A stretch of DNA of 60,617 nucleotides from an uncultured Candidatus Saccharibacteria bacterium. GTDB lineage: Bacteria; Patescibacteriota; Minisyncoccia; Phycocordibacterales; PALSA-1337. The notes below the pieces were generated by a model that did not search any database, was not told the origin of the DNA, and saw only the letters and a program-made list of their open reading frames with translations. Made by a program: the position numbers and the translations under genes. Positions 54,815 to 60,617 of the stretch are shown piece after piece; positions within the stretch are counted from its first letter, which is position 1, and the number at the start of each line of letters is the position of its first letter. The stretch lies in the NCBI GenBank assembly GCA_964358005.1, contig CAYHNH010000001.1, positions 144,775-205,391 of the forward strand, written 5' to 3'.

Positions 54815-55175
54815 GGGGATGATCGGCATAGACAATTGCCGGCGTCCGTTCGTGCGGCGCGAGCCGGGATGACTCGTAAATCCGTCCCAAACTCGAAATG
54901 CTAACACCAAATCGCCGTATTTCACGGCATCTGATTTCGCATTCGCCCGCGTTTAAGCGAGCGCGTCTATCTAGGGGGATCCTGACCTTAGTGTGATGTC
55001 ATAACCTGGAAGTAGGGGACAGAGCTTCTCACTCTGTCTTCCGAAACATAGAGATCGCAGATGCGTGTTTTGTTAGCTTTATAGCTCATCTGTTAAACAC
55101 CAAAGTTATCTACCGCCGTAGATCCGTTCGGTCAGCCTCGATTGCACCCGGGTTCGATTCCCGGCATCTCCACCA
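54815..55175 (+). ncRNA. ssrA: tmRNA
   Basis: 5' GGGGAUG / 3' CAUCUCC-ACCA with G3-U wobble; T-arm ccggg-ttcgatt-cccgg; tag frame ANTKSPYFTASDFAFARV* at 54900-54956; next to smpB. Confidence 0.95.
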
Positions 55176-55201
55176 TTTAGTAGTCATGCTATACTTTATC
55201 C

Positions 55202-55603
55202 ATGAAAGGAATGGTTACGCTGACAATTGGCACCTTGATAGTCCTGGTAGGGCTATATTTTTTGATAGACGGTATTTCCTTTGTGTTTGTATCAGAAAAA
55301 ACCGAGGGTGTTGTTGTTAGTGTGTATCACACTGCACGCGTGTCTGTTCCAACGATTGAGTATAGAGTCAACGACAAAATTTATTCCTACACTCCTACTG
55401 CGAATTCGAGTTTCTCAGAGCAAGAGGGTCAAAAGGTTACGATATATTATGATACCAATGACCCTTCAAAAGCTAGGATCAGGTCTTTTAGTCACCTATG
55501 GTCAGTTGGTTTGATTCCGTCTGTATTCGGAGGTTTATTGATATTGAGCGGAGTCTACCAGATTAGGACAAAACGCGTTCTCGACATTTCCAAAGGCATC
55601 TAG
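55202..55603 (+). CDS. DUF3592-like membrane protein
   Basis: TM - TEGVVV..P.IEY..GQKVTIYYD..DPSKARI - TM. Confidence 0.8.
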   Translation: MKGMVTLTIGTLIVLVGLYFLIDGISFVFVSEKTEGVVVSVYHTARVSVPTIEYRVNDKIYSYTPTANSSFSEQEGQKVTIYYDTNDPSKARIRSFSHLWSVGLIPSVFGGLLILSGVYQIRTKRVLDISKGI

Positions 55604-55669
55604 CATTGCAAAACCCAAGGATATAGTTGGTTCCAACTTTGGCTCGCAAAGTCCATTAACACAGATAAT

Positions 55670-55700
55670 AAAAAAGCCCACATGCTTCCGCGTGTGGGCT
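55670..55700 (-). terminator. Terminator
   Basis: agcccacac..tgtgggct plus T run on the minus strand. Confidence 0.7.
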
Positions 55701-55731
55701 GGGGGAGGGGTCGCGGATGCCTAGACTGCGA

Positions 55732-56379
55732 TCAACCGTTCGCCAGGCGCTTGCCTTTGGGAGTGACCGCATAATCGGCGTATCTGCCAGTGCCGTCCTT
55801 CTTCAGGAAACCGGCGGCGACCATCCGTTCGAGGATGCGTCGAGCCTGCCTCGCGCCGATAACTTTGTAATGCTCGAAGATGATATCGAACACGTCCTGG
55901 ACTGTCCACCATTTGATGGCGACCTTGTCCATGATGTCGAGGATGATCCTCCGCGCGATGCGCTCATCCTGGGCCAGCTCCTTTCTCGGTCGGCCGGGTT
56001 TTCCGACGGCCTTTTGGCCTTCGGGTTCCTCCGGTGCGGTGAAGACCGTGCTGCCGAGCTCGCCCGTGATGTCGCTGAACAGGGCAGATCTCCTGCCGTT
56101 CTTGGCGGTCAGTTTGCCGATGTAGCTCGTTCCGACGTTTCTCGGATTCATGATCAAGCCGACGTCATCAGCTGAATAGCCATCGGTTACCTGGATCGTT
56201 CCAGATCCCACGTATCTGCCGCCCGAATCTCCGGTGATCTCTAGCAGATAGCGCCTTCCGGGTCGGGAGCGCTCGAGCAATTTCATGACGAGCAGCCTGG
56301 TCGCTTCGAGAGCGAGGGCGCTCACGTTGCGGCCTGCAGTCAGGTCGCGGATGTCTAAGCGTGTCTTTTTAATTTTCAT
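55732..56379 (-). CDS. Hypothetical DNA-binding protein (AT-hook-like motif and C-terminal winged helix)
   Basis: KPGRPRK; ARQARRILERMVAAGFLKKDGTGR..Y.VTPKG; TTGACA-N17-TAGGGT promoter upstream. Confidence 0.55.
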   Translation of the reverse strand: MKIKKTRLDIRDLTAGRNVSALALEATRLLVMKLLERSRPGRRYLLEITGDSGGRYVGSGTIQVTDGYSADDVGLIMNPRNVGTSYIGKLTAKNGRRSALFSDITGELGSTVFTAPEEPEGQKAVGKPGRPRKELAQDERIARRIILDIMDKVAIKWWTVQDVFDIIFEHYKVIGARQARRILERMVAAGFLKKDGTGRYADYAVTPKGKRLANG

Positions 56380-56514
56380 TACGAACTAGGATTGTGGTTG
56401 TTTCTCAAAGCCGTCGAAACCCTAACATAAAATCTAATTAGTGTCAATTTCACTCATATTTTTCAGCCAGATGATATATAATATGCGCTTCCGAAAAAAG
56501 TCACACTAAATACA

Positions 56515-56763
56515 ATGTCCATATTTCTTGTAGTCGGCATATTTCTTCCACGGCTTGCGGCCGTTATCCTTTATTTCTTTTCGAATTGGTTCATGGGCGT
56601 CTTCAGCACATGGCTGTGGCCCGTCTTGGGCTTCCTATTCATGCCCTATACGATGCTGTGGTACAGCGTCGTCATGAACATCTCGCATGGGGTATGGGGA
56701 TTCTGGAATATACTTTTTTTGGTGATCGCGATCTGCATGGACCTGTCATCGCCATTCAGCTAG
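56515..56763 (+). CDS. Small multi-TM protein
   Basis: PRL..WPVLGFLFMPYTML hydrophobic pattern. Confidence 0.7.
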   Translation: MSIFLVVGIFLPRLAAVILYFFSNWFMGVFSTWLWPVLGFLFMPYTMLWYSVVMNISHGVWGFWNILFLVIAICMDLSSPFS

Positions 56764-56772
56764 GATACCGCG

Positions 56773-56985
56773 TTATCTATTCGATGATTCCTTGAGCTTC
56801 TTGACCTCTCTCTCTAGGTCGGCGATCCTTTCGTCGTCGCTCTTGTGGTGCGTGATGAACTTCTTGACCTGCGGCCAAATGAGGGCGCCGATGATGACGT
56901 CGAAGAGGATTATCAGGAATACCTCGAACTGCCAGTGCGCGGGGTCGGTGAGGAGGGTCCAGAATGTTTCAGAGGCTTCAGGCAT
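56773..56985 (-). CDS. Small membrane protein with coiled tail
   Basis: DPAHWQFE.F..; TATCAT 6 nt before ATG. Confidence 0.6.
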   Translation of the reverse strand: MPEASETFWTLLTDPAHWQFEVFLIILFDVIIGALIWPQVKKFITHHKSDDERIADLEREVKKLKESSNR

Positions 56986-57068
56986 ATGCTGATGATACTA
57001 CATTTTATGCATAAAATCCGCAACGATAGCCATGCAACAAAAGTCCGGCTAAAGCGTTATTTCACAGA

Positions 57069-57106
57069 GAAAAGAATTCCCCGACGCTCTGCAAAAGCGT
57101 CGGGGA
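57069..57106 (-). terminator. Hairpin terminator
   Basis: tccccgacgct..agcgtcgggga. Confidence 0.65.
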
Positions 57107-57162
57107 GAAGAGAAACTGGGAACACTACAACACTACACTAACGATCAAGGGGTCCCCCTTGA

Positions 57163-57402
57163 CTATGCTGCCTGCGCCGTATCCGGGAATTCGAGGAGCG
57201 CGGCGGACTTTCTGGGTCCGCGGCTCTTCAAGGCGAGCGCCGATGCCGGTGGAAGAAAGACGTTACCGCACCTCATCACGAACAGGGCCTGCGAGCCCAT
57301 GCCGATGAAGCCGATCTCGTCCGTTTCGTCTACCGGAACCGTGCCTCCACGATCCCTGAACACTTCTTGTGGGCAGCTTTTTTGACACATGGAACCATTC
57401 AT
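57163..57402 (-). CDS. Hypothetical protein
   Basis: 79-aa ORF with AAGGAG 7 nt upstream and a terminator downstream. Confidence 0.5.
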   Translation of the reverse strand: MNGSMCQKSCPQEVFRDRGGTVPVDETDEIGFIGMGSQALFVMRCGNVFLPPASALALKSRGPRKSAALLEFPDTAQAA

Positions 57403-57614
57403 ACGTTTTTCTCCTTTTATGGTTTTAGTGCCGGACCCACTCAGTTTATTGACCTCCTAAAAGAACAACTGACAGTTAGGAATTTTAGTGCATTGGGAGA
57501 CAGGGCACAAGGCCTGAAAACCTCTAGTAACCTACAGTTTGTCCACAGAGCTATTCACAGTTTTGGATAGCTGCCATGCTACAATTGGCTCTATTAAAGG
57601 CCTAAAATAAATTC

Positions 57615-57827
57615 ATGGAACCAAACAACAATAGCAATACATGCGGAACGGACTCCTGCTGTGGCTGTGGCCACCACATGGTGGGCCCAGTCGCGGTGAT
57701 CCTTATCGGCGTGACTGTGCTCCTCGAGACTTTCGGCGTACTCACTCCTTATGTCGCCGGAATAATCTGGCCGATCCTTCTTATCATCGCCGCTTCAGGC
57801 AAGCTCTGCCGATGCTGCAGGAAATAA
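57615..57827 (+). CDS. Small two-TM protein with Cys/His-rich termini (DUF5668-like)
   Basis: CCGCGHH..ILIG...LL..G....WPILLII..LCRCC. Confidence 0.7.
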   Translation: MEPNNNSNTCGTDSCCGCGHHMVGPVAVILIGVTVLLETFGVLTPYVAGIIWPILLIIAASGKLCRCCRK

Positions 57828-57842
57828 TTAAGCAAGAACACG

Positions 57843-58568
57843 ATGGCTACACAATCAGATAATGACGGCATATCGATGCCGATCGCGATAATCGCCGCTT
57901 CCATCATCTTGGGGGGCTCTATTATATTTGCCTCTACCAGGATGTCAGCCCAGCAGGGCATAGCCGTGTCCAGAGCTCCGGCCACGGCTGCTGTTCCTGC
58001 GGCGAACCCGGTCCAGCAGGTCAAGGCAGTCGATGTGAAGACAGTGAAGCTCGCGTCACCCATCATAGGATCTCCGACAGCGCCGGTCGCCATCGCTTAT
58101 TGGTATGACTATAGATGCTCATTCTGCAAAAAATTCGGTGCAGAAGTCATGGACAACGTTTACAAGGACTATGTGAGGACTGGCAAGGTAAGAGTGGTGT
58201 TCAAGAGCCATCAATTCCTAACTGCCGATTCGACTGCTTACGGGATAGCTGAGCGTGCAGTCTGGGAAGCCGCTCCATCCAAATTCTACGACTGGCACAA
58301 GCTCGTCTTCGAGAATCAAAGCCAAGCGACCAAGGCGAACATCCCGGGTCTCACCGAGCAGGCACTCGGAAAAGCATATGCTGATAAAGTCATGGCTCTC
58401 ATCGCGGCCAAAGGGGATACATACCAGAAAGCCATCGAGGCCGACAGGACCGAAGGATCGACCTTCGGCATCCGTTCGACGCCTTCATCCGTCATAGGCA
58501 AACAGTTGGTCATTGGCGCCAAGTCTTACGCAGAAATCAAAGCGGCCATCGATGCCGCGCTGAAATAG
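57843..58568 (+). CDS. dsbA: DsbA-family thioredoxin-fold protein
   Basis: TM anchor; G.P.APV..DYRCSFC; GIRSTP cis-Pro. Confidence 0.88.
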   Translation: MATQSDNDGISMPIAIIAASIILGGSIIFASTRMSAQQGIAVSRAPATAAVPAANPVQQVKAVDVKTVKLASPIIGSPTAPVAIAYWYDYRCSFCKKFGAEVMDNVYKDYVRTGKVRVVFKSHQFLTADSTAYGIAERAVWEAAPSKFYDWHKLVFENQSQATKANIPGLTEQALGKAYADKVMALIAAKGDTYQKAIEADRTEGSTFGIRSTPSSVIGKQLVIGAKSYAEIKAAIDAALK

Positions 58569-58611
58569 AAGCTTCGCTTCCATTTTCCTCGCTGCCAAGT
58601 ATAATCAGGAT

Positions 58612-60534
58612 ATGTCTAACGGAATGGCAAATCCTGGCAGTAATGGCCGTCAGAACGGGCGCAAGAAGCCCACGGTCTCGCCGCGCTGGAGCTTCATAAA
58701 CATCATAGCCACGGTTATCCTGGTCTTTCTTTTGGTGACTGGAATATATGCCGAGTACGCGGGCCAGACAGAGGATGTGCCGAAAGTACCTTTTTCGGAG
58801 ATCGCAGAAGGAGTGAAAAAAGGCCAAGTAGCCTCGCTCGTCATCCAGGATACGACTGTCATCGCCAGATATTTCGACAAGACTGTAAAGAGCTCCCAGA
58901 AGGAATACGACTCGTCTCTTACAGAATCTCTCGCGCGCTTCGGCGTCAGCCCTGCCGTCATGGCGTCTACTAGCATCACCGTCGCTACTCCGAGCGGGTT
59001 CATGTACTGGCTTGGCGAGCTGGCGCCATTCCTTGCCCCGATACTATTCCTGGTCTTCTTCGTCTGGCTCATTTCGAGGCAGATGAAAGGTGCTGGCATG
59101 GCGGCACTGTCGTTCGGTCAGTCGAAGGCTCGTGTCACTATGCCCGAAGATGCGAAGCAGAAGATAACATTCAAGAACGTGGCCGGAGCCAAAGAAGCAA
59201 AACAGGAATTACTGGAGATCGTGGACTTCCTGCGCAATCCCAAGAAATTCATAGATATCGGAGCTGAGATCCCCAAGGGCGTGCTCCTCATGGGTGCGCC
59301 TGGAACCGGCAAGACTCTGCTCGCGCGAGCCGTTGCCGGGGAAGCTGGCGTAGCCTTCTTCTCGATATCAGGTTCCGAATTCGTGGAGATGTTCGTCGGT
59401 GTCGGTGCTTCGCGTGTAAGAGACCTCTTCAAAATGGCCAAGGATACGGCTCCATCGATCGTCTTCGTAGATGAGATAGATGCGGTCGGGCGGACCCGCG
59501 GTGGGGGATTCGGTGGCGGCAACGACGAGCGCGAACAGACCTTGAACCAGATCCTCGTCGAGATGGATGGCTTCGAGCCCAATGAGAAGGTCATAGTCAT
59601 GGCGGCTACGAACAGGCCTGATGTGCTTGATCCGGCATTGCTCCGTCCTGGCCGATTCGATAGGCGCGTGGTCATAGACCTGCCAGACAGGAGCGATCGT
59701 GAGGAGATATTGAAGATACATGCCGGCAAGAAGCAGCTCGCCGAGGATGTGAACCTACGCGTGGTCGCCGAGAGGACCCCGGGCTTCTCCGGAGCTGATC
59801 TAGCGTCTCTCACAAACGAGGCCGCTATCCTGGCGGCACGCGAGGCACGGACGACTATCGGCCAGTTCGATCTCATCCGTTCGATAGAGAAGGTCATGCT
59901 CGGGCCGGAGCGCCGGAGCCACGTCCTGTCGCCTCGAGAGAAGGAGATAACGGCCTACCACGAAGCTGGTCATGCCATAGTCGCATCGGTCCTGCCGCAT
60001 GCCGATCCAGTCCACAAGATCTCGATAATATCTCGCGGCCGTGCGGCGGGCTATACCCTGAAACTGCCTTTCGAGGAACGCAGATTGCAGTCGCGCAAGG
60101 AATTCCTGGATGATATCGCTGTTTCCTTGGGCGGCTATGTAGCCGAGAGGATGATGTTCGATGACTTCACCACAGGGGCTTCAAATGACCTGCAGGTCTC
60201 GACGGCTCTGGCTCGCGACATGGTGACCCGCTATGGTATGTCGGAGAAGATCGGTCCGGTCGCTCTGGAGAGCGCCCAGGGTAAGGTCATGTTCGGCATG
60301 GGCGTGGGCGACCGAGAATATTCGGAGAAGATAGCCGCCGAGATAGACGGTGAAGTCACCAGGATCATGACCGAAGCCCGTGGCCATGCGGAGAAAGTAT
60401 TGGGGGCTCATAAGAAGGCTTTCGAGGCTGTCGCGAAGACTCTCATCGAGAAAGAGACGATAGAGAGGGAGGCGTATGAGCTTCTCCTGGCCGCTAACGG
60501 CATAATAGTGAAAAAGGAGCAGAAGATAGTATAA
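58612..60534 (+). CDS. ftsH: ATP-dependent Zn metalloprotease FtsH
   Basis: Two TMs; GAPGTGKT; DEID; RPGRFDR; HEAGH. Confidence 0.98.
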   Translation: MSNGMANPGSNGRQNGRKKPTVSPRWSFINIIATVILVFLLVTGIYAEYAGQTEDVPKVPFSEIAEGVKKGQVASLVIQDTTVIARYFDKTVKSSQKEYDSSLTESLARFGVSPAVMASTSITVATPSGFMYWLGELAPFLAPILFLVFFVWLISRQMKGAGMAALSFGQSKARVTMPEDAKQKITFKNVAGAKEAKQELLEIVDFLRNPKKFIDIGAEIPKGVLLMGAPGTGKTLLARAVAGEAGVAFFSISGSEFVEMFVGVGASRVRDLFKMAKDTAPSIVFVDEIDAVGRTRGGGFGGGNDEREQTLNQILVEMDGFEPNEKVIVMAATNRPDVLDPALLRPGRFDRRVVIDLPDRSDREEILKIHAGKKQLAEDVNLRVVAERTPGFSGADLASLTNEAAILAAREARTTIGQFDLIRSIEKVMLGPERRSHVLSPREKEITAYHEAGHAIVASVLPHADPVHKISIISRGRAAGYTLKLPFEERRLQSRKEFLDDIAVSLGGYVAERMMFDDFTTGASNDLQVSTALARDMVTRYGMSEKIGPVALESAQGKVMFGMGVGDREYSEKIAAEIDGEVTRIMTEARGHAEKVLGAHKKAFEAVAKTLIEKETIEREAYELLLAANGIIVKKEQKIV

Positions 60535-60556
60535 TTGCCTACGTTATTCAGTACAC

Positions 60557-60617
60557 CCGCCCTTAGCTCAGTTGGTTAGAGCATCGAGCTTATACCTCGA
60601 GGGTCCTTGGTTCGAAT
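60557..60617 (+). tRNA. tRNA-Ile (anticodon UAU), truncated by the window end
   Basis: TAGCTCAGTTGGTTAGAGC D-arm; tcgag-ctTATac-ctcga anticodon arm; GGTTCGAAT T-loop. Confidence 0.9.

Noticed and set aside
55176-57600. tmRNA-integrated element
   Set aside because: No integrase and no duplicated ssrA 3' end found by eye
1-60617. Alternative genetic code 25 (UGA=Gly, Gracilibacteria/Absconditabacteria)
   Set aside because: fusA, ndk and thrC end at TGA at the expected lengths, and conserved genes have no internal TGA

Overview
Chromosomal segment of a Patescibacteria/CPR bacterium, most likely Parcubacteria. Evidence: no rpmD/L30 between rpsE and rplO, tRNA-Ile(UAU), CPR-type EF-Tu/EF-G signatures, many apparently leaderless genes, and TGA used as stop (code 11). 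The backbone is the str-S10-spc ribosomal superoperon (rpsL to map) plus comEC, sod, rpmB, ndk, infC-rpmI-rplT, smpB-tmRNA, dsbA, ftsH and a probable 6S RNA. The superoperon is interrupted by four accessory blocks. (1) rpsG/fusA: ORF6N, small stress genes and an SPFH-like gene. (2) fusA/tuf: large mosaic surface proteins plus an attenuator-controlled unknown gene and an M28 peptidase. (3) rplB/rpsS: GC-rich secreted orphans. (4) rplE/rpsN: about 9 kb with two ECF sigma factors, a two-component system, and a class F sortase with its substrate. Most notable observations: an EF-Tu with a Planctomycetes/Verrucomicrobia-type switch-I segment in a Parcubacteria backbone; a textbook 1:2/2:3/3:4 attenuator with a His-Phe-Trp leader peptide; an ECF regulon readable from a repeated TGTAAn-N16-CGnCnn promoter; a sortase substrate separated from its sortase by one in-frame amber codon; and a PBECR/RelE-like gene coupled to comEC with a candidate antisense cloverleaf RNA. 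All family assignments come from recognising motifs by eye; no searches were run.
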